Assembly: GCA_947623735.1 (NCBI GenBank)
Contig: CANQHE010000001.1
Span: 18,687-82,686 of the forward strand
Direction of reading: 5' to 3'
Length of the DNA stretch: 64,000 nucleotides
Source of the DNA: an uncultured Bacilli bacterium
Lineage (GTDB): Bacteria; Bacillota_I; Bacilli_A; RF39; UBA660
Positions within the stretch are counted from its first letter, which is position 1. Each line of letters starts with the position of its first letter. Both the position numbers and the translations under genes were made by a program. Of the stretch, positions 39,734 through 49,080 are shown one piece after another. Below the pieces are notes generated by a model. It did no database searches. It was not told the origin of the DNA and was given only the letters and a program-made list of their open reading frames with translations.

Positions 39734-40770
39734 TGAAACAAATATCTAGTATTAATTATTTTTTAACTCGTAGTTTATTTTTAGGTTTTGGTATATCTCT
39801 TATTCTAAACTATGGTAAAGATTCTTACTTAGGCGCTTTACTTGGCATATTTATTGGTTTAATTATTAATTATTTTTATAAATATATTATTAATAATAAA
39901 CCTTCTACTAATTTAGATACTCTCTATCAAAAAAATAAAAAACTAGGCCTTATCGCCAAAACATCTCTTTTTATTGTAAGTTACCTCATTCTTCTTTATA
40001 CTCTAATTTTATATATTACTTTTGTAATTAGTTTCCTCTTAGTTAGTTCTCCCGAATATTATTGTTTAATTCCTTTTATTATTCTCTCTCTCATGCTTGC
40101 TTTTAAAGGTTTAACTAATATTTCCCGAGTATCTTTTGTTTTATTATTTTTTAGTCTTATTTTTACCCTTCTTGGTTTTTTAGGTCTCTTAGGTTTATTT
40201 AACACCCAAAGCTTTCTCCCCATTCTTACTAATACTCCTCTAAATTTTTTAAAAGCCACTTTAACTTTCGCGGGTATTAGTACGTTTCCGAGTATTTTAA
40301 CTCTTCATTTTCCCCCAAATCCCAAGCATTATCAAAAATCTTATCTTCTATCCTCTCTAACTATTCTTTTTACGATAATCTTTATCATCGGTGTTTATGG
40401 TGAACCCTTAATGAATATTTTTCGCTTTCCTGAATATACCATCTTAAAACAAATTAAAATGTTTAACTTCATCGAAAAAGTTGAAAACATCTTCTCTGTT
40501 GTCTGGATATTTGATTTATTTATAACTACTACAATGGCAATATATTCAATAAATAAAGCATTACCCCCTAAAAATAATAAATTAATAACTATTATTATTC
40601 TTATTGTAACATCAATTATTATTGATACGATATTTTCTTATAACTATGTAAATGAACTCCGTCTTTATTATCTTCTTCCCATCTTATCCTTAACTTTTTC
40701 CATAGTAATACTAATTATATATCTAATTCTCATTAAGAAAACTCACACTAAATCATCATCTACTATATAA
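39733..40770 (+). CDS. spore germination protein, GerAB (B-subunit) family permease
   Basis: 345 aa polytopic membrane protein; its start overlaps the C-subunit stop (TAATG). Confidence 0.75.
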   Translation: MKQISSINYFLTRSLFLGFGISLILNYGKDSYLGALLGIFIGLIINYFYKYIINNKPSTNLDTLYQKNKKLGLIAKTSLFIVSYLILLYTLILYITFVISFLLVSSPEYYCLIPFIILSLMLAFKGLTNISRVSFVLLFFSLIFTLLGFLGLLGLFNTQSFLPILTNTPLNFLKATLTFAGISTFPSILTLHFPPNPKHYQKSYLLSSLTILFTIIFIIGVYGEPLMNIFRFPEYTILKQIKMFNFIEKVENIFSVVWIFDLFITTTMAIYSINKALPPKNNKLITIIILIVTSIIIDTIFSYNYVNELRLYYLLPILSLTFSIVILIIYLILIKKTHTKSSSTI

Positions 40771-41336
40771 TATACATCTTTATATATAAACTTATCTTTC
40801 TTATTTATTGCATACAAAAATACTTCTATTCCTCTATTTTTAAAACTATCAATTATTCTATTTGAAGCAACATCATATAATAACCCAATAAAATCATAAG
40901 TATAAGTACTACTACTATTTAAAACATAATTTAATACTCCTACTTTAAAATTATTACTTTTAAACTTTCTAATTACACTATTAAAGAAACTCATAACATA
41001 TATTTTTTTATTTTTATATTTATTTAATAACTTCGTTAATTTATCAATATCTATATTTATATCTTTAATTTCAATTAAAATAATTTTATCAGTTGCGAGT
41101 TTAAGTATATCCTCTAACTTTATTAAACCCTCTTTTTTTAAAGTTTTATAATCACTCTTCCAAATAAACTTCCCTTTAACTAATGGATTATGATGAATAA
41201 CAAACTCACCATCTTTACTGGTATAAACATCTAACTCAAAACCAACATATTTATCACTATTAATAGCTTTTAAAAAGGCTGGTATTGTATTTTCTTTTGT
41301 ATAACTAGTTACTACTCCCCTATGTGCAATAAACAT
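40743..41336 (-). CDS. glycerophosphodiester phosphodiesterase family protein
   Basis: MFIAHRGVVTSYTKENTIPAFLKAI...GFELDVYTSKDGEFVIHHNP is the GDPD catalytic N-terminus (HR..E.D..H). Confidence 0.75.
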   Translation of the reverse strand: MFIAHRGVVTSYTKENTIPAFLKAINSDKYVGFELDVYTSKDGEFVIHHNPLVKGKFIWKSDYKTLKKEGLIKLEDILKLATDKIILIEIKDINIDIDKLTKLLNKYKNKKIYVMSFFNSVIRKFKSNNFKVGVLNYVLNSSSTYTYDFIGLLYDVASNRIIDSFKNRGIEVFLYAINKKDKFIYKDVYYIVDDDLV

Positions 41337-41388
41337 TTTAACACTCCCTATAAAATTATATTAAATAATATCTAATTTAATACAAAAC

Positions 41389-41462
41389 AAAAAAGATAGA
41401 GAGTAACCTCTATCATGGAGTTTCTTCCTGCCCATATATAAATTCGAAAGCAATATGAGCAA
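41389..41462 (-). terminator. conserved 3' module with intrinsic terminator (copy 1), shared with 43636-43712
   Basis: On the coding (minus) strand ...CATGATAGAGgttactCTCTATCTTTT is a 7-bp stem plus T run. ~70 nt are near-identical at both loci. Confidence 0.6.
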
Positions 41463-41469
41463 GTTATTA

Positions 41470-42885
41470 TTATTCAGCACCCTCTACAACAAATGGATCA
41501 GAAACAGTTCCTATCCCACTTAACTTAACAGTACTAGCTAAATTTATTACAGGGCGTACACCTTGAGATCCCGAAGTTCCATTCAGATTATAACTATTAT
41601 CTGCAAAAAACAACATTGCACTACCCTGACTATAAGAAAATGGAGACATGGTCCAAAACTGTTGACCAGTATAAATATAATAACTAGTATTTTTATTATA
41701 TCCTTGATTTCCACCCGCATATATTATTTCATCAGAAGTTATTAAGCCTATTGGATATGTAAGTTTATGATTACCTATAAGTTCACCAGAAGTGTTTTTT
41801 GCATCCTTTAAAGTAAATAAATCCTGTTCTTTTTGTTTGCACATAAGTGTAGGGCTTTGAATAGTTCTATAACTACCATTAAGAAAAGTTCTTCCCATTG
41901 GCCCATATGCCGTTGCATTTTTTCCATAACCTAACCTTGAATCTGACCATACACTATTACTCACCCAAACCTCTGAAGTAGTATTTAAGCTTCTATCATT
42001 GCAAAAGCCACTATCTTTATCTATCATAGCTGAATATTTTTCAAGATTTTCTTTATACCAATTATCAACAGCAATTTTTACAGTACTATCATATTCATTA
42101 GTATGAGTTTCCTTATATGAATTTTTATTTTGATTACCATACATATATCCAACAAAAGTATTATCTCCAAGAGAAGAATTAAATGCTACTTTTTCACTCA
42201 ATATACTATCTTCAGCCATTTGCTCTGATGACTTTCCATTATAAATAATTCTAATTGAACCATTGCCATTTATTCGAATAATTCGCCAATAAAACCCAGC
42301 AAATTTTACCCAATTATCTTTAATAGCACCCCGGAAATAATAACTTCTACCATAATCATCTTCAGTCTCATATAATTTTCCACTTCCATCAGCGGTTTCT
42401 ATGCTATCAAAACTTGTTTTACTTTTTTCAATAATTTTATTAGCCACTACTTTTTTACATGCTATAGCCGAAGCATCACAATACTTATTTATTTCATTGA
42501 ACCAAACATAACATTTATCCTGTTTGGCCAAATTAGCCATAATATGGTTACCATTTTCTGTTTTTAAAATAACTTCTTGATCTCTACTATCACCATTAAC
42601 ACAATAACTTTTTTCTGTGTTAATTAAATAAGAATTAGCATCTGGCATTCTTTCTATTGATGATTCATTTCCTTCATCATCTATGGTGTACATAGCCATA
42701 ATTTTAAAATCATAAGCTTTTGCATTAATTGTTCCTCTTACTATAGGAATACTTTCTGTTAGTTGATATTTAGCTTTTGTTAAAAATAAATTTATAATAA
42801 CAAATACTAAAGCACATAATACAAAACCAACTATCATACCTCTTTTTAAATTATTGCCTCCATAATTTACTTTCTCAAACTTCAA
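41470..42885 (-). CDS. N-terminally anchored extracytoplasmic protein of unknown family, paralog A
   Basis: 471 aa with N-in signal anchor (IVGFVLCALVFVIINLF). Shares motifs with 43734-45293: YYFRG..KDNWV.F...YWRIIRINGNGSIR(I/L)IY, HTNE, GLITSDE..(Y/F)AGG, WTMSP(F/Y)S, GVRPVINL. Confidence 0.65.
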   Translation of the reverse strand: MKFEKVNYGGNNLKRGMIVGFVLCALVFVIINLFLTKAKYQLTESIPIVRGTINAKAYDFKIMAMYTIDDEGNESSIERMPDANSYLINTEKSYCVNGDSRDQEVILKTENGNHIMANLAKQDKCYVWFNEINKYCDASAIACKKVVANKIIEKSKTSFDSIETADGSGKLYETEDDYGRSYYFRGAIKDNWVKFAGFYWRIIRINGNGSIRIIYNGKSSEQMAEDSILSEKVAFNSSLGDNTFVGYMYGNQNKNSYKETHTNEYDSTVKIAVDNWYKENLEKYSAMIDKDSGFCNDRSLNTTSEVWVSNSVWSDSRLGYGKNATAYGPMGRTFLNGSYRTIQSPTLMCKQKEQDLFTLKDAKNTSGELIGNHKLTYPIGLITSDEIIYAGGNQGYNKNTSYYIYTGQQFWTMSPFSYSQGSAMLFFADNSYNLNGTSGSQGVRPVINLASTVKLSGIGTVSDPFVVEGAE

Positions 42886-43041
42886 TATTCTACTTCCTTT
42901 CTATAATTAATTATCAATTATATTAGAAATTTCTAACTTACAAATAAATTATAATATGTGCTAGTGTAAATGTCAAGAAAAATATCATTATTTCACGCAC
43001 TTTTACTAATAAAACATAAAGTCATGAGAAAATACTAATAG

Positions 43042-43497
43042 GTGATAAAGATGTACAAAGATAGAATAAAATTTTTAAGAGAAAGATATGGTTACACTCA
43101 AAAAAATATTGCTGATATCTTAAAAATAGACCGCGGTTTATATGCTCAATATGAAATTGAATACTCTATCATTCCCATTAAACATCTTATAAAAATAGCC
43201 AACTATTTCAAAGTATCTATCGACTATATATTTTCTTTTACAGATAAAATGGAAAAAGTAATTCCTAAAGAAATAGATAAAAAACTATCAGGAAAAAGAA
43301 TAAAAGAATTACGAAAAAGTTTAAAACTAACTCAAACTGAATTTGTAAATCATCTTAATATAAACCAATCAACCATCGCCGAATACGAACGTGGTACTAA
43401 TCTAATCGCCACCTACTCTTTATATTCCATTTGTAAAAAATACAATATATCAGCCGACTATCTTCTAGGTAGAATTGATAAAAATACTATAAACTAA
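43042..43497 (+). CDS. tandem-HTH XRE-family regulator (paralog 2 of 4), divergent from 41470-42885
   Basis: 151 aa ...YTQKNIADILKIDRGLYAQYE...VSIDYIFSF... then ...LTQTEFVNHLNINQSTIAEYERG...ISADYLLGRIDKNTIN. Confidence 0.7.
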   Translation: MIKMYKDRIKFLRERYGYTQKNIADILKIDRGLYAQYEIEYSIIPIKHLIKIANYFKVSIDYIFSFTDKMEKVIPKEIDKKLSGKRIKELRKSLKLTQTEFVNHLNINQSTIAEYERGTNLIATYSLYSICKKYNISADYLLGRIDKNTIN

Positions 43498-43635
43498 TTA
43501 TATATTAATGATGTAAAAATAACATCATCATACAAAAATGAGGAAATATTTTTTGTATGCCCTAATTTCCCGACTTTATATCTTAATTATTGTTCCAATT
43601 CCATATTTTTAGCACTTCTTATATCGAATCTATTC

Positions 43636-43712
43636 AAAACTAAAAGATAGAGAGTAACCTCTATCATGGAGTTTCTTCCTGCCCATATATAAATTCGAAA
43701 GCAATATGAGCA
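43636..43712 (-). terminator. conserved 3' module with intrinsic terminator (copy 2)
   Basis: Same sequence as 41389-41462, including GATAGAGgttactCTCTATC plus T run. Confidence 0.6.
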
Positions 43713-43733
43713 AGCGATACTTTATTTTTAATA

Positions 43734-45293
43734 TTACAATGTTTGGACTACGTATGGATTAGTACCTGTTCCTGGATCTCCTTTTTCATCAAGTGTAAAT
43801 TTTGTACCAGCTTTCAGATTTATTACTGGGCGCACACCAGTAATTTCGTTGGGCACGTAGTTGCTGGTGAGGTCGCCATCATTATTCACAAGGAACACAT
43901 AAGCAAAGGCGCCGTAAAAGCTATACGGAGACATTGTCCAATAATACCTATTAGTATATAGCCAATAACCATGGTTTGATGTTCCTCCAAAACCTCCTGC
44001 AAATACTACTTCATCACTTGTTATTAAGCCGACGGGCACTGGTAACTTATTATTCCCTTTTACCATTTCTCCATTGCTTCCTTTTGTTCCACTTGTATTA
44101 GCACTCGGACCTGTATACAAGTCTCTTTCTTGTGCTGTTTTATCTGTTGAGCTTCCATTATATCCACACTTCAATGTCGGTGTTTGAGTTTTCTTCCAAC
44201 CGTTAGTATAAATTCTTCCCCATGGGGCATAGCCTGTATATTGGTTTCCGTATCCATCGCCTGGAGCGCTTTGATCTGCTGTTTTATCTACCTGCCTATC
44301 TCCACAAAAGCCGGTATCTACATCTATGTAACCATTTGCTAATGTTCCTAAGTTTGTATTATTTGTATACCAATTTACTATTTCATCTAATACTGTACTA
44401 TTACTTGCATTTGTATGGGTTTCTTCGTATTTGCTTTTGCCTATTCCTCCTGTCATATAACCTACGTATGTATTATCATTATAACTTTGATTAAAATACA
44501 CAGCTCGGGGATATGAACTACCACCAATATTTTGTCGTGGCGTTATCATTGTTGTTTCTCCAGTTGCGCTTGGAGCCTTTTTAGTATCTTTACTTGTCCC
44601 AGCATAGATTAATCGTATTGTTCCATTTCCATTAATTCGGATGATTCGCCACCAGATATATTGGTTGTTTGTGGTGTCTTTTCCAAACACTAACCAGTTA
44701 TTATCGATTGTTCCCCTATAATAATAACTTATTCCAAAATCATCTTCCGCTTCATATACTCCATTTTCTCTTAATGTACAACCCCCATCACATGATGTTC
44801 CTGTAAATTTGGCACTTCCGTTTGAAGTTAAACCTAAATCATTAAGTACATCTTCACTAGTTATTATTTTTTCTTCATCAAAAAACAAATAACATTTAGT
44901 CCCCTTTTTACTATATGGTTTGACACTTATTGTTTTATTTTCTTTATCAAAATTTATTGTTAAACTAGTACTCTTTACATCTTCAAAACTATTACTTTCA
45001 TTGGTGTATTTTTCTGTACAATAACTTTCATTTTCATTAAATACATAATTATCTTGTATAGTATCCACATCTTCATAAGTTTGACTACCATTTGCTTTAA
45101 ATTTTATTCCTGCTAACTCAAAATCCACTAATGTATAATTTATTGTTCCATTTGCTAATTTTCTACTTTCCACTAATTTATACTTTGCTCTCGTAAAAAA
45201 TAAATTAATTACTATTACTAATACAAATGCTATTACAAAGCCTATTAATATTCCCTTTTTCCCATTTACATAATTTATTTTCTCAAACTTCAA
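43734..45293 (-). CDS. N-terminally anchored extracytoplasmic protein of unknown family, paralog B
   Basis: 519 aa with signal anchor ILIGFVIAFVLVIVINLFF. Same motif set as paralog A; C-terminal ...FLVNNDGDLTSNYVPNEITGVRPVINLKAGTKFTLDEKGDPGTGTNPYVVQTL. Confidence 0.65.
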   Translation of the reverse strand: MKFEKINYVNGKKGILIGFVIAFVLVIVINLFFTRAKYKLVESRKLANGTINYTLVDFELAGIKFKANGSQTYEDVDTIQDNYVFNENESYCTEKYTNESNSFEDVKSTSLTINFDKENKTISVKPYSKKGTKCYLFFDEEKIITSEDVLNDLGLTSNGSAKFTGTSCDGGCTLRENGVYEAEDDFGISYYYRGTIDNNWLVFGKDTTNNQYIWWRIIRINGNGTIRLIYAGTSKDTKKAPSATGETTMITPRQNIGGSSYPRAVYFNQSYNDNTYVGYMTGGIGKSKYEETHTNASNSTVLDEIVNWYTNNTNLGTLANGYIDVDTGFCGDRQVDKTADQSAPGDGYGNQYTGYAPWGRIYTNGWKKTQTPTLKCGYNGSSTDKTAQERDLYTGPSANTSGTKGSNGEMVKGNNKLPVPVGLITSDEVVFAGGFGGTSNHGYWLYTNRYYWTMSPYSFYGAFAYVFLVNNDGDLTSNYVPNEITGVRPVINLKAGTKFTLDEKGDPGTGTNPYVVQTL

Positions 45294-45456
45294 GTTTATC
45301 TCCCTTTCTATTCTATCAAATATATTAGTTTTTTCTAACTTACAAATAAATTATAGTCTAGTAAATGTCAAAAGTCAAGAGAAAACTCAGCATTTCCGGC
45401 ACTATATTCAAATGCTTTTTAATTAATGAGAAAATTATATCGAGGAGAAAAGCGAT

Positions 45457-45906
45457 ATGTTTGATAACAATAATATTAAAAGTATAAGAGAACAAGCAAA
45501 CTTAACCCAGGATGAAATGGCCAAAAAATTAGGAGTTAAAAGAAGTACCTATTCCATGTGGGAAAGTAATAATGAATGTATTCCCATAAAAAGATTAATT
45601 AAACTTGTTAATTTGTTTAATCTTTCTATTGATTATGTTTTTAACTTTACAAGCCAAAAGCAATACCCTAATTGCAAAGAAATTAATATCAAAGAAAGTG
45701 GTAAAAGATTAAAAGAATTTAGAAAGAATCTTAATTTAACTCAAATAGAACTGGGAGAAATTTTAAAAATAGCACCTACGATGGTTTTAGAATACGAAAA
45801 AGGTAGATACATAATATCTACTGGTACATTATATTTATTATGTAAAAAATACCATATATCCGCCGACTATCTTTTAGGTAGAATTGATAAAAATACTTTA
45901 AAATAA
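45457..45906 (+). CDS. tandem-HTH XRE-family regulator (paralog 3 of 4), divergent from 43734-45293
   Basis: 149 aa ...LTQDEMAKKLGVKRSTYSMWE...LSIDYVFNF... then ...LTQIELGEILKIAPTMVLEYEKG...ISADYLLGRIDKNTLK. Confidence 0.7.
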   Translation: MFDNNNIKSIREQANLTQDEMAKKLGVKRSTYSMWESNNECIPIKRLIKLVNLFNLSIDYVFNFTSQKQYPNCKEINIKESGKRLKEFRKNLNLTQIELGEILKIAPTMVLEYEKGRYIISTGTLYLLCKKYHISADYLLGRIDKNTLK

Positions 45907-46039
45907 AAAGATGTTGTTCTAATTTTATATTCCAGATATAAAATATCAACATCATTTATTTTAAGTAAAACTTAAGGAATAGTCTTGTATCCTAATTCTA
46001 TTATACTAAACCTTAATCAAGTATATAAGTTCTAAAAGG

Positions 46040-46140
46040 ATATTGGGCGCACACCAAAGATATTGTTGTTCACGTTGTTGTTGAGCTGGCCATCATTATA
46101 CACAACGAACACGCCAAACCAACTAAAAGAAATATTACTT
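46040..46140 (-). pseudogene. orphan 3' cassette 1, homologous to the C-terminal ~30 aa of 43734-45293
   Basis: Minus-strand translation FSWFGVFVVYNDGQLNNNVNNNIFGVRPISF* aligns to FAYVFLVNNDGDLTSNYVPNEITGVRPVINL of the full gene. No start, no upstream ORF. Preceded (in plus coordinates) by a ~95-nt conserved flank at 45943-46037. Confidence 0.55.
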
Positions 46141-46360
46141 AATCTAAACTATCCCTCATTTATTATATCATAAATTTTTTAAAAACAAATGGATTCATTT
46201 ACCATTTGTTTTTTAATTTAAAAAGATATTGTCCTAGCATTAAACACGAAGATTTAAAGCATCAATATCATTTATTTTAAGTAAAACTTAAGGATTAATC
46301 TTGTATCCTAATTCTTTTCTACTAAACCTTAATCAAGTATATAAGTTTTAAAAGGATATT

Positions 46361-46440
46361 GGGCGCACACCAGGTCTATCCCAGTTCACATTGTTGTTGG
46401 TGAGGTAGCCATCATCACGCACAAAAAATCACAAAATAGA
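46361..46440 (-). pseudogene. orphan 3' cassette 2, a second divergent copy
   Basis: Minus-strand translation ...VRDDGYLTNNNVNWDRPGVRPISF*. The same ~95-nt flank sits at 46264-46358 with ~90% identity to copy 1, so the unit is tandem with a ~321 nt period. Confidence 0.55.
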
Positions 46441-46451
46441 CTAACCCTAAA

Positions 46452-47573
46452 TTAAATATCTAATCTTAAAACTATATCACTTTCAGGATAACTAACACAA
46501 GGATGAATATAATCATTTTCATTCATAGCCTTAACCATACTACTTCCAATCATTTTTACATTACCTTCAAGTAAAATACTTCTACAATATCCACATATTC
46601 CTACTCTACACATTGAAGGTGCCTTAATATTTGCTTTTTCCATTGCAACTAATAATGTTTCATCACTCTTACAAGTAGTTTCTACTAAATCATCTTTTAA
46701 TATTACTTTAAGACTATATTTTTTTATTTCTGAAGGTGTATAATCTACTTGAAAATTTTCATAATGCACACATTTCTTTGGAATATCAAATTCCATTAAA
46801 ATTTCATTCATTGTTTTATATAAAGTTTTAGGTCCACACATCAAAACTGTATTAAATTCTTTAATATATGGTTCTAACATTTCTTTATTTATATGTCCAT
46901 ATAAATATTCATCAGCCTCTTCTCTTGTTAAAGTAATAACAAACTTAACCTTTCTACTTTTCTTATTAATACTTTCTATTTCATTTCTAAAAATTATATC
47001 ATCTTTAGTTTTCGCTGAATAAAATACTGTTAAATTAGCATCTATCTCTTTATCTATTATTGAATATGCGATGGCCATAAAAGGTGTAATTCCACTACCC
47101 CCAGCAATACCAATAATATTTTTTTCATCTCTTATTTCATTATAACCAAACTCTCCCATCGGTCTAGATATCGTAAGACCATCTCCTACTTTCATATTAT
47201 CTAACATAATATTACTTACAAGACCATTTTCTACTCTTTTAATTGTAATTCGATATTCCCCTTTTTTTGCTAAACTTGGTCTTGAAGATAACGAATAAGC
47301 TCTTGTTGCATACTCTTCATCAATAAACATTTTAAGACTAATGTATTGTCCTGCTTTAAAAGGTTCTAAACTATCTGTTCCTTTACTTTTATCTGGTATT
47401 AAAATAAAAGATTTAGTATCTTTAGTCTCACTAATAATATCTTTAATAATTACATATTGTAAATCTTTACTATCTTTAACTAAAGTATCAATATTAGTAT
47501 CTTTAATATCTCTCCCACTATAATCTTTAATAATATCATTCCGTACTTTCTTTAATTTTTCAATCTTATCCAT
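46452..47573 (-). CDS. oxidoreductase with FAD/NAD(P)-binding domain and C-terminal 2Fe-2S ferredoxin domain
   Basis: 373 aa with ferredoxin-reductase-type fold motifs (GIAGGSGITPFMAI) and C-terminal ...SMCRVGICGYCRS... plant-type [2Fe-2S] cysteine pattern. Confidence 0.65.
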   Translation of the reverse strand: MDKIEKLKKVRNDIIKDYSGRDIKDTNIDTLVKDSKDLQYVIIKDIISETKDTKSFILIPDKSKGTDSLEPFKAGQYISLKMFIDEEYATRAYSLSSRPSLAKKGEYRITIKRVENGLVSNIMLDNMKVGDGLTISRPMGEFGYNEIRDEKNIIGIAGGSGITPFMAIAYSIIDKEIDANLTVFYSAKTKDDIIFRNEIESINKKSRKVKFVITLTREEADEYLYGHINKEMLEPYIKEFNTVLMCGPKTLYKTMNEILMEFDIPKKCVHYENFQVDYTPSEIKKYSLKVILKDDLVETTCKSDETLLVAMEKANIKAPSMCRVGICGYCRSILLEGNVKMIGSSMVKAMNENDYIHPCVSYPESDIVLRLDI

Positions 47574-49080
47574 GTTTTACCTCTCTATTTAATTTATCCT
47601 GAGTTACATAAATTCCACTATAAAAAGCATTATCAACTCCTGATGCAAATAAACTACTACCTCCCACAAAACTTATTTTATCCATTACTTCATCTGGATA
47701 AGCAAGTATTCTATTAATACTATTATCATAACCTTTACGCATATATCCAAACCACGAACCATTAATATTATTTGTATATCTTTCTATAGTAAAAGGAGTT
47801 GCTATTTCTATTTCTTCAATATATTCAGTTATATCAATACCCAAATTTTCTTCAAAACTATTAATCATTTCTTTTGCCATATCTTCTTTAAACTTTTGAT
47901 AATCATATTTATTTATATTCTTAAATATATCTTTAAAAAACATTTTTTCTAAAACTAAAATTGTGGTATTTTTAGGACTAGCATCTATATTTACTACATT
48001 AGGTACTATTCCCATAATTGTATTATGATTTTTATTCATCATATATTTAACATTAATATCACTACTTAAATTATCAACTAATAAATATTTATGATGTTTT
48101 AATCCTAATTCTTGATAACTTTTATTTAACCCCAAATAAACAATTACTCCATTAGCCCCTATAGTTCGGGCATTTTCAAGTTTCTTAATGTCTTTAGCCG
48201 CATCTTTAATTAATTCTTTAAAAACATATCTTTTAGATACATCAAATACTACTTCTTTTGCTTTATATATAAGTCCATCTTCCGTTTTTAATATCATTAA
48301 ATTATTTTCTTTAGTTACCTCTATAACATTTGAATTATATAAAATTTTACCACCCATACTTTGATATTTATTAATCATATTTAAAACAAATTCTAAACTT
48401 TTACAAGTTAAAACTACTTCTTTTTTAAAAATTAATTTATACATATATTCTGCATAATCAATAAAACTAAGTTTATTTAAAGGACTTCCCAAATTAAGCC
48501 AAACAAAACTAAGTTTATTTATAACTTCTCTTTTTAAACCCAAAAGATTTAACCCATCTATTGCCATTAAATCTACAAACTTATAAAAATTAGGATATTC
48601 ATTTTCTTCTACTTTTCCTTTATCTAATAAAACTTTTAAAGCTTCATGAATTTCTTTTACTATTTTTAAAAGTTTTTTTAATTTTTCCATTGAACCAGGA
48701 TATTCTTCCTCTAATTGTACAATTATATCTTCAGCTTCCCCCTTAATTATAAAATCTTTTTTACTACTTACTTCTTTAATTTCTATATCTAATGGTATTC
48801 TAACTGTTGGAACATCTATTTCCCATTTATCTAATATTTTTTTTAAATCCCCTGTTATTTCTTCATCGCCATAATTAGCCAAAGTATGTAAAGTTGTATC
48901 AAATTCAAATCTTCCTCTTTTAAAAGTTGTAACTAACCCTCCCGGTAAACTATTTTTTTCTAATATCAGTACTTTTTTATCATTACTCGCAAGATTAAGA
49001 CCAGCGGCTATTCCCCCCATACCAGAACCAACTACTATATAATCATATATCACTATAATCATCCTCTCAAATAATATCAA
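47566..49080 (-). CDS. FAD-dependent oxidoreductase (amine oxidase / phytoene desaturase-like family)
   Basis: N-terminal dinucleotide-binding motif DYIVVGSGMGGIAAGLNLASNDKKVLILEKNSLPGG. Overlaps the downstream reductase gene (operon). Confidence 0.65.
   Translation of the reverse strand: MILFERMIIVIYDYIVVGSGMGGIAAGLNLASNDKKVLILEKNSLPGGLVTTFKRGRFEFDTTLHTLANYGDEEITGDLKKILDKWEIDVPTVRIPLDIEIKEVSSKKDFIIKGEAEDIIVQLEEEYPGSMEKLKKLLKIVKEIHEALKVLLDKGKVEENEYPNFYKFVDLMAIDGLNLLGLKREVINKLSFVWLNLGSPLNKLSFIDYAEYMYKLIFKKEVVLTCKSLEFVLNMINKYQSMGGKILYNSNVIEVTKENNLMILKTEDGLIYKAKEVVFDVSKRYVFKELIKDAAKDIKKLENARTIGANGVIVYLGLNKSYQELGLKHHKYLLVDNLSSDINVKYMMNKNHNTIMGIVPNVVNIDASPKNTTILVLEKMFFKDIFKNINKYDYQKFKEDMAKEMINSFEENLGIDITEYIEEIEIATPFTIERYTNNINGSWFGYMRKGYDNSINRILAYPDEVMDKISFVGGSSLFASGVDNAFYSGIYVTQDKLNREVKHG

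Noticed and set aside
41470-42885. Possibility that MKFEKVNYGG at the N-terminus of surface protein A is a double-glycine leader.
   Set aside because: It is only 10 aa and lacks the conserved hydrophobic/E spacing. The paralog (MKFEKINYVNGKKG) has no GG, and a signal-anchor TM follows immediately. This is an ordinary N-terminal cytoplasmic tail.
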